Below, piece after piece: positions 33,510 through 47,700 of a stretch of DNA of 64,000 nucleotides. The notes under the pieces were generated by a model. It worked only from the letters and a program-made list of their open reading frames with translations. It did no database searches and was not told the DNA's origin. Source of the stretch: Dicyema japonicum. Lineage: Eukaryota > Animalia > Dicyemida. The stretch's first letter is position 1, and each line of letters begins with the position of its first letter. The position numbers and the translations under genes are program-made. The stretch lies in assembly GCA_011109175.1 (NCBI GenBank), contig RDEW01000011.1, forward strand, positions 1,078,091 through 1,142,090, in the 5' to 3' direction.

Positions 33510-35150
33510 GTCGAAAAACCGAATCATTACATTACTCGCACTACGGGGGAGACATGCTTGGGGTGTTCCTGGTGTCACCATCACTCTACAGTTATGTAGA
33601 AAAGCCGATGATCATGTGGGACATCGGGAGTGATCATATACACCAAGAGATGTTATTGAACCTAGCTCCAGACTCAATGGACTCTGTGTTTACAGGTTAC
33701 GACCTAACAAGAATAAACTGGGAACACTACAGGAGATACATATCGAGAATCCTCAAACACTAAAAGATTAAAGATTAATCCCTAAGTGATATCGACATCA
33801 TAGACAATGAACTCTCTATCATGATGGATACATACTTAATTCTTTACGCAAGAAGGAGATCCTCGAGTACTAATCATGGAAAGAGCATCAGTCTTTCGAT
33901 TTCCACATTATCTTTGATCAATGAAAGGAATTGCCTGAGAAGTAAACTCAGAAGACTGGATAGACCGGATTGCACTACCGAACAATTGAAGATAACCAAG
34001 AAAGCCATTGAAGAAAGAATAAGACTATCTCAAGAACAATGTTTGAGGGTAGAGGCAAGCAAACTAAACACCAAAGACCCCTCGTTCTGGAAGTTCTACA
34101 AAAGAATAACTAGCCAGAAAAGGAATGACATAAAAATCTCCTTGACCAAGCCAGAAGGTGGACTGTGTTCTATGGAAGAAGCCCCAGATATTTTTATGAA
34201 ACAACTGGATCGTATTCAGGGGTCAACCCGATGGAGCTTATTCCGAGGGAGACGTTAGATTCTTCACGTGAAATTTTAACCTACTGTTTGGACGATCTTA
34301 AAGATACTGATATGAAAATAACTACGGAGGAAGTCATGACTGCAATCATGAGATGCAAGGCTAACGCTCCTGGACTTGACCATCTAAGTATGAGATTGTT
34401 CAAGGAAGCTCCAGAAGCTCTATTTCCCATACTGAAGAATTTATTCAATGCAAGCATTTATCATGGTCATGTCCCTAAACGCTGGAAATCTTCCATTGTC
34501 AGAATGATACTGAAACCAGAAAAATCGAGGAGGGACCCTCTCAGTTATAGGCCAATAAGCCTCATCTGTTCGATCTCCAAGATTATCGAACGAATTATCT
34601 TCAGGAGGCTTAACGACCACATAGAAGAGTGGTTTCCTTCTCGCAGAACAATGGGGCTTCAGACTTGGAAAATCATGCACGGACTGCATCTACCCGATGC
34701 ATTTAATTGTATTGAGAGGTCTGGAATTTAAAAGACTAGTCAACCTGGTATGTTTGGATCTGTCCAAGGGTTTCGATAGTGTGTGCCATGAAGTACTCCT
34801 ATCAAGTCTAGCAGGTGCTCAGATCCATAAAAAACTACTCATCTGGATAAGGGATTTCCTAACAGAACGGATTTTCCAAGTACGCGTTGGAGCACATATT
34901 TCGAAAGACATCATACTGAAGAGAGGAGTTCCTCAGGGTTCCGTCCTGAGCCCTTGTACATCTTCATGAGGATCATCCTACCAGAACTGCTATATGGATG
35001 CGAAGTATGGTTTTTCTCTTGCCAAAGAGAAAGAATAATGTTTCTCATGGTAAAAACCAGAAGGTCGGCAATAAAGTTGGCTTTAGGAAAAAGGCTCTGG
35101 GATGTTCTCAGCACTGAAGAAGACATGATTCTAACTCCTGTTAAAAGCAT
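33510..35150 (+). mobile_element. Degenerate Jockey/I-type LINE (third family related to A/B) inside the dead SH2D5 copy
   Basis: DIGSDH, YRPISLICSISK, LDLSKGFDSV, GVPQGSVLSP. Confidence 0.85.
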
Positions 35151-38100
35151 CATTGTCCTTACTAAACATTACAAATAAGAGACTTCGCATACATTGTTGG
35201 TTTTTCAGTCTCTTTTCCATATTGGTGGATGTTGTCTCTGTCAAAACGTCATCAATAATCGTGCATAGAGTGTCATCGTTGTCATCAATTAAATTGAATA
35301 ATAACTTAAGGAATTTATTTAACTTAATTTTACACGTTGCTCAAATTATGTAATGAAAAATTTCAATAACCAGGGTGAAGCCAACTAACATTACCCCAAC
35401 ATGTTGCAGAATATACATTATGTTCCTCTATCAAACACACACATTGATTAACTAAGTCAACTAATAATTAGAAATTAATAGTTTAATTAATAAACCACAA
35501 AAAATTGTTAAACGGATAAAATTAAATATTTAATAACGCGGAGATACTTAAAGGTATATCTTAAGGTATATCCAGTTCCCACAGTAAGCAAATTTGCCAT
35601 TGTGGAAACCCGAATAAATATTGGGCACCTCTTTGGACAAGTGGATCGACTGACGCCATTATTTATTATCTATTAACATTAAAATCATAAATTTTAAAAG
35701 CAGACGTACAAATTAAATTTATTATAAAATGATATTAAATTCTTTATTTTACAAAAAAAAATTTGAATAAATTTTTTAAATTTATGACCATTTGTGATGA
35801 TGCTCATAAAGAGATTCAACGCTAAACCCTGCCAGATTATGATGGATTATAAAAATTCTCTACTCTCCATATTATTTCTATTTCACACATAAACTGAAAA
35901 TATCTGAGTTTCTTATTCCATCAACCAATACCCGGAGGTGGTTCAGTCACATCTCAACCAGGTGTGACTGGTTATCCGCAAACATCCTGTCTTTATTGTA
36001 TCCGAGTATCAGGTCACCCTGTTCACTACAAACAAAAGATTTATAGGAGGACTCGAGATATTATTTGGAGACATAAAAAATTTTTCTCGCAAATCCAGAG
36101 GATCCTTGGAGTAACTTTAGACTCTTTAATGACCTTTTCTAGTCATTTAGCGAAAGTGTTTGTCGAGGGGCTTCGAAAGTGGAATGTTCCAAAGGCTATC
36201 ATAATAAGAGCCTTTTCTATCTGCAGATTGTATCAGTGCACTTTCTTTGTGAAGGTTTAAACTTTCTTTGTGGTTTTGTGGTTTAAATAGAAAACCAATA
36301 TCTAGATAGATAGAGCCACTAAGTTCATTGTAGAGTCTCACATTTTCTGTATAAAAGGGATAACAAAAAATTACAAGATTTGTTCTAGGTGTATTGAAAC
36401 ATAATCTCCTACTACTGAACGTGTTGTGGATTTATGACCAACTTAACATAATCAAGCCAATTTTACTTATATTATAATAAAAAGTCTATTTTAAATACCA
36501 AAACCTATATTCAACGTGAAAATTATAGACCTATCGAGAGAATTACGCCTATAAAGTATTCATTTGTCAACTATTTTGCATATAATTGAAGGTGCGATGG
36601 AAAACTTTCGATGTACCGTCTGTGATATTAGGTTAACCTAAGTAACATGTCATATCAAACTTTAAATTTTATGCAAATAACCCGGTTGATCCAACCCTAG
36701 TGAGATGTGAGAGTTTGTTTGAAATTGCTGATTGTTTTCCCATAAACTTTATCCAAGCAAAAAAAGTCATTGAGAATTTTGAGATGGAATTTCAATTTTT
36801 AGATGTGTAGAACCTAGTAACCTTTATAAAAAAACAGAATAAATTATTACTGTTTAGCCACAAAACCGGAATAAGTTAGCCATGAGTGCGAACACTTCCG
36901 AGATGCGTCGGGAAGACATTTGGTAGAACCAATAAGGGCAAGTGTTGTCACTTAACGAGTTCGATTACTATTATTCTTGATGTTTCAAAACGTTATAAAA
37001 ACAACATAGAAGATTGAATTTCTAGATATCAATGACGATTAAATTATTAAAGAAAGCAGAACAAAGTTACTTATTTATAGATGATGCAATGAAGTAAATC
37101 ATAAAACTATATTTTTGTAAAGTTTATGCTGAATAATGAAATATATAGAATCAGATATTCCTTCAATGAAGTTTTAGGGGTAACCACATCCCCATATCAT
37201 TTTAGTTACCTAAAAATGCCCTTCTCTCATAATTGGAAGAAGAGGTTGTTAGCTAAAGACATTGATTTTAAACCAAGTAGGTATATTTTTTAAATTAAAA
37301 AACTAAAAAGAAAGTTGATAGTGAATTGGAAGTAAAAGTTTAAGTATTTTGATAAACTGAAAATATCTTTAGGTAAGTTCGAGTTATGTCTACCAAATAA
37401 TTATCTAAGAATTGCTTTGATGATTCCTCCTGTCACAATTTATTTTTTTCCAAATCAGCAGTTTTCAAACTTTTTTTACACGGCTTCCTTATAACAAATA
37501 TACAATCTTTCGCCTCACTTTATATTTCATGATTTGTTTGCACAAAAAAGCTAGTGAGTAAAATTTTTTATTTTTGACACAAAGTTTTTGAAATCTTTGT
37601 GTAATTGAGGAGAGTGTTACTCGTGCATCATGATACAAGAATAAACGAGTTAATATTTATATTTTATAGCTTTTGTAGACAAAATTTTTAATTCCTTACA
37701 TCGATTCAACCAAATAATAAATTAGCGGTTCTCTATCAATTTTTTGTTTCAATAATTTATCAAATGACAATTTTATTTATTTTCATTTTTCAAAAATTGT
37801 CTATACAAATTCATTATCATCTTCATCAATAAATAAATTCTGTATCCATGGGAACTTTTTTTATAAGATCTTTAAAATAATGAGCAAACTGCTTCAACAA
37901 ACAAAGCAAACAGAGGGATATTTCAAAGGAATCGACAATATAGGATTTCCCGACCAATAGCGTAACTTTTTAATTTTAACATGTGATAAGGATAAATATA
38001 ATTTTGAATGAAAGAACATCTTTATACTCATTAGGAGTGTGTGTTTTAGTATCCTAAAGACAAAGACGAGGAAGAGCTGTTTCAGGAACTTCTACATATA

Positions 38101-39236
38101 TTCCAGTATGGGCCATCAGAACCAGAAAATTCATCAATGACTAATCCCTAAAAAATTTGTTATGAAGAGGGAATTAAAGACCTGATATCTTTGATAATGC
38201 CTGTATTCATCATTTTACGGACAATTTCCATGTTCCATTACCTTTTACTCGCCATTTCTATCCAATTGAAAATAAATTCATAACTTATTGTTTATAGAGG
38301 ACGTGTTGAAAAAGAGAAAATTAAAAAAAGTTTTTTTTTGCTTTTAAAAAATTTGTTTTTTACTATTAAAAAATATAATGACACTATTGATCGGTAAAGT
38401 CACGCTAATAGTCGGGAAAATGACGTCATGACTAGAGAGTTAAGTTAATGGTCGGGAAACTCTGTTCATTTATTTTAAACCCCAAGACCACCATGATAGA
38501 AATAATTAACTTGCTAAATTAAACCCTATAATACGTGTGAATACTAACAATAAGTAGGATGGACAATATTTTTTCGTCTTTGGGTCATATTGATTATATT
38601 CAAATTATTTTTACTATTTGAGCTACCATCAAAATTTTCACTATTTGTCAATTATCTTTTACAATCACTCATAAATTTATCATTGCTGTTGGAAGGCGCT
38701 CTTCCCATTTTGGAAACCTTTGATCTAAAGGGAGATTTTAAAAGTGTTCTTTTCAGGACAGTATGATTGACTTAAATCAGATGATTGAAGTTAAGTGATT
38801 GTTGAATATATTGTAAGGTCTGCATTCGAAATGATCCTTGAGCCAATGCTTTAACATATACATGACTGATTCAAAAGATACACCGACGTTTTAAATTTGT
38901 AGCATGCACAATACCTAGAATGAAACCATGGTAACTGATATACACAACCTATTTGTTCCCCTATTTTTAAAAAAATAACATTTCTACAATTATTATACTT
39001 GCTTTAGTCTTTTATAATATATATTCTACTTAAAATATTGAATTGGTAAGATTGTAATGATCCGTTTAGATTTAAGATTAGCCATTCCAAGACCACATAA
39101 AATTCTAAAATTTTAAATCACGTTATATTTCTCATAAATACGATTGGTGTTTCTAATTACTTTATAATGATCGTTATCGATAATTATTCGACTTTATGAT
39201 CAGGAAAGTACTTGAATTGAAGGCATCAGAGATTTT

Positions 39237-39696
39237 NNNNNNNNNNNNNNNNNNNNNNNNNNNNNNNNNNNNNNNNNNNNNNNNNNNNNNNNNNNNNNNN
39301 NNNNNNNNNNNNNNNNNNNNNNNNNNNNNNNNNNNNNNNNNNNNNNNNNNNNNNNNNNNNNNNNNNNNNNNNNNNNNNNNNNNNNNNNNNNNNNNNNNNN
39401 NNNNNNNNNNNNNNNNNNNNNNNNNNNNNNNNNNNNNNNNNNNNNNNNNNNNNNNNNNNNNNNNNNNNNNNNNNNNNNNNNNNNNNNNNNNNNNNNNNNN
39501 NNNNNNNNNNNNNNNNNNNNNNNNNNNNNNNNNNNNNNNNNNNNNNNNNNNNNNNNNNNNNNNNNNNNNNNNNNNNNNNNNNNNNNNNNNNNNNNNNNNN
39601 NNNNNNNNNNNNNNNNNNNNNNNNNNNNNNNNNNNNNNNNNNNNNNNNNNNNNNNNNNNNNNNNNNNNNNNNNNNNNNNNNNNNNNNNNNNNNNNN
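39237..39696. other. Assembly gap (N run); second gap at 50374-50431
   Basis: Runs of n. Confidence 1.
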
Positions 39697-40535
39697 GACT
39701 CCAAGGCATATTTTGGCCGACTTGGAGATTGCCTGTTTTGTTTTATCCCACAGAGTTCGTACTGATGATTCCGGTGCGGTTTTCACCATAAGAGTCTCGA
39801 TTTGTTCGTGATATTTAGCTCTACAATTTGGCTCTAACCACAATTTTTCCTGTCTGAAAGTATATATTGGGTATTTATCTCGCCTTCTTCGCGTTATCAA
39901 TGTATTTTTCCCAGTCAGGTGCTTTTTTACACAAAGTTTTGCAATGACGATCCTGTGGTCGCTGTCGGTTGTTGTTCCCTGGTAGGAACGTGCATCATTT
40001 ATCATGTGTTTATCAGACTTTCGGCAGATAATGTAGTCGATTTGATTATATATATATTCACGGTCTTTCCGACAGAGTTTTTTCTTTGTCCGTACCACGT
40101 CGTCTTGTGGCAAGCTGAGTGCGTAAAGGCCGTGTTGCACAGGAAAAGGCTATTTGCCTCGCAGAAGTTTACCAGAGAGGCTCCAGATGCATTTCTCCTT
40201 CCGCGCCCGTGTCTTTCAATAGAGGATTCTTCGGGCTTCATTCGCATTCCGGCCTTTGCATTCATATCTCCCGCAACAAAGACAAGAGACAAGGAAGCAT
40301 TGTTAGAGTATGTGCTTGATAGTTCTGAGTAGAATTCCTCGAGTTCACCGGGGTTCTTGATTACTCGTCCACAGTGTGGTACATAGACATTTATGACAGT
40401 TAATAGACTCTTGGACGGGCATAAATCATTTAGTTTGACTTGTAGGACACATATTCGGTCGTTGACTCTCCAATAGCGATGTAATTTTTTGAGGTAATCC
40501 ACGTGTAGGGCAAATCCCATGCCGTAGTGCTTGCA
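39697..40535 (-). mobile_element. RTE-clade LINE APE region running into the gap
   Basis: HYGMGFA, INVYVP, GDMNAK, NQIDYI, DSDH. Confidence 0.88.
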
Positions 40536-41838
40536 TGATTTTAAAATAATAGAAAAATATAGACAAACCATCACAAAACCTGATAACTGACATTTAATTT
40601 GGTGGCCTTGCTTGATATGTAATAATTATGTCTTACTTCTATATTATCGGATTATTAATGCAATCAACAGAAAAACCTAGTTAATTCTCTATACAATAAA
40701 GCGTTGGGAAAACTATGGCTGTCCCAAAGGATTTCACTTGTAATTGTCAGGGAAAAACATATCACTGCGGAACTAGGAATGGGCATGCACCCAAGAAAAA
40801 GAAAAACAAAGAAGTGATAAGCATTCCTTGATTCTCTCATTGATTAGATATTATACGCACACGAGGGTCTCCTGATTGTGTAGCGATTCAATTCCCTAGA
40901 CGACTCAAGAATTCTAGCGTCTCAATGGAGAATGGAACAAACAAAAGGTTAAAACAATTTCACTTAAAAATTTTTTTAAACGAAATAATTATTAAAGTTT
41001 ATTTAAGCAGTTGTCATTTTTGTGACATCTGATATTATATTTAGAATTATTTAAAAAACATTGTCATCTATTTTTGACTATATAAATCAATTTACCAATT
41101 GTTTTTACATGCCTCAGATCCTTTGCTATTACATTTTACGTAACCTTGCCCGCTCAAATAAGATTCAATTCTGATTGCAGTTCTCAAAAAATATATCTTT
41201 AATTAAGATATTTACACTTTTAAAAAAAATTTGCATAATTTTAATAGATTAATCGTAAACTGCTCTTTAGTGATTCCTGTACGATTACCATCTTCCAATA
41301 TTTCAATTTTATCTTCCATGATTTGATTATTTATGTGTATTTCAGAAACTACACATTCGAGTACTTTGTATTTTTTAGAAAGTTGATAATCTTTTCTTGA
41401 TTTCTTTCAATTGTTTAAATTCATTTTACATTTGTCAATAACGTTAGCTTTTTTCATTTTTTTCTTCTTTCTTTTTTTTGCACGACCTACCGTTGCGGAC
41501 ATCAGATATATCGAATAATAATTTTAATAATGAAATTAAATATTATTTTTATTCTAAATAACTAATTTTATGATAGAAAATAGATTATTTAGTCAAGTTT
41601 ATATTTATGTCGCAATATTTGAGTAAATAAAAATAAAATATTAAAACAAAATTATCATAAGAGTGAAATATCTAAAATATTACATAACTTGAAAAAAAAA
41701 CTATATCCTCATTTGAAATAATAACCGGAAAATCTAAAAAAATGACAAAATTGCTAACATAAATTACGTCTACTTAAATGTTATGACTACAATTATGACC
41801 TTGTAAAATATACAAATATTATATAAACAAAAAATTAG

Positions 41839-42157
41839 ATGAACACGCAAATGGATCGACAGAGAATTCTTAGAGAAATGTATGACGAATACATGGAGCA
41901 ATATGAAATTTGTTGTAATATCAACAACCGACACGCAGCGTTAACTAGCGAATTTTATAGCTTTAAATACAAAAACAATCAAGAAAGAGGTAATAAAAAA
42001 ATTAACGTAGATCTTTTAATTGAAGAAATTAATAATTGTAAAGTCGATGAGGTTAATTTCAATTAATGTTTAGAGTGAAGCCTATGCTGTTTTCAGAGCT
42101 TTAGAGGCCGATTTGTATCGTTTTATTACTGGGAATCTCCCTCCATTTTATAATTAG
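41839..42157 (+). CDS. Orphan two-exon gene, second identical copy
   Basis: Same coding sequence as 29061-29379; intron at 42052-42073. Confidence 0.6.
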
Positions 42158-42688
42158 TTGCATTTGATAATTTACTAATATTAATTTATCATGAATTTTA
42201 AAATTAAGAAGCAGTATATTAAGTTTGTATAATTTAACACCTTAACATATCTTATTTAGTAACTGTAAGCTAAGTTTAATGTTAGGGTATCAAAATTTCA
42301 TTAGAGAAAGACAATTCAGCCTTAAAAAATAAGTAGAAAAAATTTTATCGAAGCTATGTTGTGAAACCAGCTTATTAAATATAGATTCGATCAAATAATG
42401 CTCGCCAAATGGGAAATCTAAAAAGTATGAATATAAAGGACCATTAAGTATTATCAGAAAGCACATATATAAGATAAAAGAGAGCACATATTATATTATT
42501 ACTTAATTAAGAAAAGAATTACAAATAATGAGATTGGGATATTTAAGTTGGAATCACCTCTCAGAAACTGATAATAATAATAATAAAATAATAATTAAAA
42601 TCAGGGAAATTTTTTAAAGGAGTTAAAATTTAAAATATAGCATTTATAAAAAAATATTGCATTTAAAAAATGTAGCATTTATAAATTT

Positions 42689-42963
42689 TAGAAGGCCGGG
42701 TGTTAGGTGTCGGGCTAGGTAGCTTAAACCACGGGTTCTATTCTCGCTGTTGTTCTCCTAATGGAAGGTTTCATGAATCTACGATGCAAAAAGGGCTTGA
42801 CGAGTGACGTCGTCATCAGTGGAGATTCACTACGAAACTGGATAGATATATACACAAGAAAAAGAAAACAAAAAGTGAAGAGCATTCCTTGGTTTTCCCT
42901 CTACGATTAGTTATAATAACTGTTCTTTAGTTAAACGACAACGTGGAAGTGCTTACTATTATT
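42689..42963 (+). mobile_element. tRNA-derived SINE copy (duplicate of 29909-30185)
   Basis: Near-identical sequence and flanks. Confidence 0.75.
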
Positions 42964-43534
42964 GAATAAAGAAACATTAATATTTTTGAAAAAAAAGAAT
43001 ATTAGTAAAGATTTACAGTTAAGAGGACGTAATTGAGGATGCTTCAAAATTTCGAGACTGCCTAAAAAATGTCTACTTTTTGGAATAGCTCGCAACAACA
43101 TAGATTTCCATATTAGTGTCTTTGAAATTTCTAATTTTTCTAATTAAGAATTTCAACTTTTTTTATTGATCTCCAACGTTTCATGTTTACAGTATATCCG
43201 TTCACAACTGTAATAGTCATTTCATGTTATATTTTGAATTTCTTGGTCAATTATTATAATTTCATTATGTTCTTGTCTTTTCGTAAAATATTTCTCACTT
43301 CCGTTAGATCTCCACAAAAACAAATATTTCATCCCTTTTTATATGCTTTATTATTGTAATTTTTTGATGCAACTCTGAGCAACTGTTCTAATCCATAATA
43401 GTTCAAAACTATTGGTCTTAACGAGAGTATATTTGCGCTATTTGAATTGATTTCGTTTGTAGAAAATTACTTAACAGTCAAAAGAACTAATTATATCACA
43501 AATGGCGAGGTATTTTCAGAGGGAAAAAATGAAC

Positions 43535-44010
43535 AATAGGTCATACAGCGTTCGATCTGACTGAGTGGCTATTCCTTCTCAGGATTGCGAACGAGATTCT
43601 CTCAAATAGTCAGCAGCGATTTCGGGGATCTCCTGTTCATCAAATGTCAGATTTGCTAAACGAATCAAGATTTCCAGCGTCGCAGGGATAAGGGAAGAAG
43701 AAATTTCAACTGTGTGGAACAAACAAAAATCCTCGAGTAGACCGCGTTCATTGCCGTTTTAACATCTCGTCCTGCTCAGCAGTAGCACACGCTCCAGAAG
43801 AATTCGGGAGTAGGGTGGAACAAACAAAAATCCTCGAGTAGACCGCGTTCATTGCCATTTTAACATCTCGGCCTGCTCAGCAGTAGCACACGCTCCAGAA
43901 AAATTCGGGAGAAGGATGCAAAGGGCAAACGTGTCTGTGCAGGTGACGTCTAAGACAAGATGTTTTCCGGCTTCAAATGTTAAAATGGTCATCCCATTTG
44001 GTCGTTTACT
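43535..44010 (-). mobile_element. CRE-clade non-LTR retrotransposon, restriction-like endonuclease domain (internal ~100-bp tandem duplication)
   Basis: RPNGMTILTFEAGKHLVLDVTCTDTFA...AEQAEMLK...FLFVP...LFERISFAILRRNS matches RPDG.T..PW..GK.L.WD.TC.DT.A...FVP...QR.S.A.QRGN. Confidence 0.85.
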
Positions 44011-44399
44011 GTAACTCCTGCGAAAACCGATTAGTTAGAGCATTGATTGTCGCTTGGAAAACCAATTAGTTAGAGCACTTTGGAGAGTATGATTGTATCA
44101 TATAGCAACAATGTCGACGTTTCGCGGCGTTATTATAAACTTAATGAATGAGTAATGGATATTTAATCTTGGTCTGATTATGGAGAAATTCAATAGAAGA
44201 GTGTGAGCGAAGTGATGACAATACACATTCAGGAAAAGGAAAAAAACTGTGACACTTAATTTTACTCCTGTGACAATTGGGTTTAAGAGGAAACGAATTG
44301 GATAGAGAAGATTTTAATTAGAATTAGTTTTTTAAAATAAAAAATGGAATAATTGCTGTTAAAATAATAAAACGAGTAAATTATCTAATTAAGTGAATT

Positions 44400-44717
44400 T
44401 TAATCCAAGTGGTTAGGTGTCGGGTCAAAGTGACTTAGGTTACGGGTTCGATTCTCGCTGCTGTTCACCTGGTAGAAGGTTCCACGCATCTACGATGCGG
44501 AAAGGGTTTGACGAGTGACGCCGTCATCAGTGGATACTCACTGCGGAACTGGATTCTCTAGAAAGGACCCACATACAAGAAAACAAAAAAGAAGTGAAGA
44601 GCATTCCTTGGTTCTACGATTAGTTAAAATTAACTGTTTTTTGCTTAATTAAAATATGTCTCCTGTCTATGAGGAGCTATAAATATTATGGCTCTCGTGA
44701 AAAGTCTGTTATTATTT
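44400..44717 (+). mobile_element. tRNA-derived SINE, independent and best-preserved copy
   Basis: A box taatccaagtgg, B box gggttcgattctc, same body, RTE-like tail ctataaatattatggctctcgtgaaaagtctgttattat. Confidence 0.8.
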
Positions 44718-44724
44718 TTATTTA

Positions 44725-47700
44725 ATCCAAATCGCTGGTAATCTATCTTCTTTTCTTCTTAAAAGAGTGTGCCACGAACTATATCTTATGCCGCATCTTC
44801 ACGTTGAGTCACTCGATATATTTCTGTTCGAGGTTAGAGGATGTCTTCATGGCATTCCAGTTCCACAATTTGATAGATAAAGAGATAAGCCCATCATCAG
44901 AGACTTTCATCCGGTGTTTTTGTCCAATTAGCATGCTTTATTTTAATAACCCCGGGAACACCGAGAAAGAAAGACAAAAAAGTCAAACAGTTAAGTGATA
45001 ACAGTCCTTGCAATCAATTGTGCCATTCGACGTCTGTGATCTTCCATCGTCTCCACTACTTTCCGGAAGAGCCTTCTATCGGTCTTGCAGAGGAATCCGA
45101 TCGGGGAGTGGAATTTCTTATCCAATCGGTTTTCTCTTGCAATGGAAAGGATCAGGCAAAGCGGATTTCCATCTTCCTCACAGACGCGAAGAAATCCGGA
45201 GCCACGACTACAGATCTTAGCTTCCAAGAGTAGTGGGTCGACTGTTGATCTATTACGTGGGCAAAGCATACTGATTGTTTTCTGGTGTATCGAGTTGCAT
45301 CTTTGGACCATAGACTCCGATAGCGCGAATCTCCATGCAACAAAGGCATACTCAACGGCAGGCGCGATTGTTTGTTAGTAGAAGATAGAAACGGAAAAGT
45401 CCATGTTCCTTGTGGTCCTCCGGACAAGGGCGAGTAAAACGTTAATTTTCTGGAAGCCCCTGGTAATCATGTCTTTTGCGTGGGAGTTGAAATTGAGTAG
45501 ACTGTCGTACTTGACTCCAAGGACAGTGGGGGACCTTGTCACTGGAATCCGAGTGGGACCAATAAAGATACTCGGTTCATTTTTGGAACGACGGTCCGAG
45601 ATGAAAGTGGAACACGTGGGCTTGGTTGCAGTAATCGTAAGTCGATTGCCAACAATCCAATCGTGGAGAGTGTTCAATTTTGCCTGAGTTTTAAAGAGTG
45701 CGACTTGCGTCGAGCGGTTCCGTATTGCAATGACTACATCGTCTGCGTAAGATAATAGCAGGGAATCTTCGTCTCACTCATTAGGTAGGTCGTGTAGGAA
45801 TAGATTGAATAGAATTGGTGAAAGTGGAGACCCCTGGGGTACCCCGCTCAGTAATAATCGTGATCTAGATCTGAGATCACCACTGACTACTCTTCCACGT
45901 CTTCCAGACAAAAAGTTGGCCAGCCATAATTTCACATACGGACGAATATTAGTAGAAAATATTTTTCCAAACAGGATTTTCCTCGAAACAGTGTCAAAGG
46001 CTTTGTTGATGTCAATAGAAACCAAGATTGTGCGTTTGTGAGGCGGGGGATGGGTGTTAAAACCGTCGGCAATGAACTGCGATAGAGTTGCCAAGTATGT
46101 AGCGGTGGACCTACCGCGGAGGAAACCATGTTGAAATATAGGACGTGGAAGATACGGAATAATGACTGATAATACAAGTTTCTCCATAATTTTTGACAGT
46201 TTGCTGGTAACGGAAATTGGCTTGTAGGATGCAGGTTCTGTCTCTGGTTTCCCAGTCTTTAATATCGGTCTGATGATAGAATTCTTCCAAATCTTGGAAT
46301 AATATTTTAGTTAATGGACAGGTTGTATATTTGCGTGAGGTAGCCAATTGCATAATGGCTTAGGTGTTTTAGGTGAATAGAAGATACTTTGTCAGGCCCG
46401 CACGCCCTGAGCTCTTTAATCTGGTGATCACATCCAAGACTTGGTCATCTGAGAATAGTTCGTGGTAAGGTTCCTTCTTCGGTTTATGAGCACGCACCTT
46501 AATGTCCAGGTGTTTCGAAAATAATTTGAAGCTAATCCCAGCGTAATGTTTCATAAGGGTGTTAGGATGTAGGTGGCATAAGTGTTCAGGAAAAGATTTT
46601 CCGGTTCCGTCTGCATCATCCAGCTCCGACTTGACTTGTTTAAGAGTTTTCCAGAAATGTCGGGATGTACTTTTCCTGTCGAGGTGGTTAACTAGATGCT
46701 GCCATCTCTTGTCCTTGTGTTCTTTTATGTTCTGACAGATCCTTTTATTTAGTCGTCTGAGGGCTGTCAAAGACTTCATGTCCAACAGATGGCATCTCTT
46801 CAGCCGGTCTCTTTGTTTTATAAGACTTATCGTATAAGAGCTGAGGGTAGGAATAAACTTCGACGATATAGGAATAAAAATATGGTCAGCTTTCTGAATG
46901 GCAGAGCTGATAATTTCTTCTGCATCATCAATAGAACGTATTGGGGAGGATAATCTCCGGGCCAAGAATTTATCCACAAGGTTACTGAAACCAGACCAGT
47001 CAACCTTCGTATAATCTTTGAATCTTTTTGATTCCGCCGGCCGTCTCCTGTATCGTCGAAGACCTCTTAATTTTATAAGGATTCGATTGTGGTCACAGGA
47101 TAAGCCGTAAAAGACGTTCCAGGAAATGATTCCAGCCAGAGAAGGTGAGCATAGTGTTAAGTCGGGGGATGTGCAGCTATCAGTCATCCTTAATGGGGTC
47201 CTCGTTTGTGAGTTAGGGTTGTTCAGTATAATCAGGTCAGGGAGATAATTTGCAATGAGTTCTCCTCGGTTATCAGAAGATTGGGAAGTGAGCCAAACTG
47301 GATGTCGTGCATTAAGATCCCCACATAACAATAGATTTTTTAATGTTGAAATGCGTGATAAATCAGGGGTGTAAAATGACGGACACGATACTTGTGGAGG
47401 AATATATAAATTAGCCAAATGGATCCAAAAGGACGAGAATAACTCGATTTTGACAGTAATCTGCGACAAAGTCTTGTCGGTGCTAAGAAGCTCAGAGGTT
47501 CGTTGAGATGTATCAATATAGAGAATATTGTTTTTTATAATAGTGAGTAGTCTTCCTCCGCGTCCTCCTTGACGATCTTTACGGATCACTGTGTATCCGG
47601 GAAAAAAGGGTGTTGGTATGGAGGGAGATAGCTTGGACTCTTGTATTAAAGCGAGGTCAGCCTCATTTTCGCGGAGGAGTGCCCGGAGTTCAAAGATTTT

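Larger units (their letters stand above)
17587..35285. repeat. Unit 1 of a tandem segmental duplication
   Basis: Homologous blocks: 17587-18135, 19889-20990 and 23921-26555 to 35287-39236; 26725-27165 to 40790-41200; 28700-30740 to 41480-43520; 31290-31490 to 43525-43730; 31495-31790 to 45068-45360; 31790-33085 to 52780-54075; 33100-33510 to 55670-56690 (with deletions); 35157-35284 to 57058-57185. Confidence 0.88.

Noticed and set aside
39174-39765. Long ORFs in the ORF track
   Set aside because: They are read-through of the N gap.
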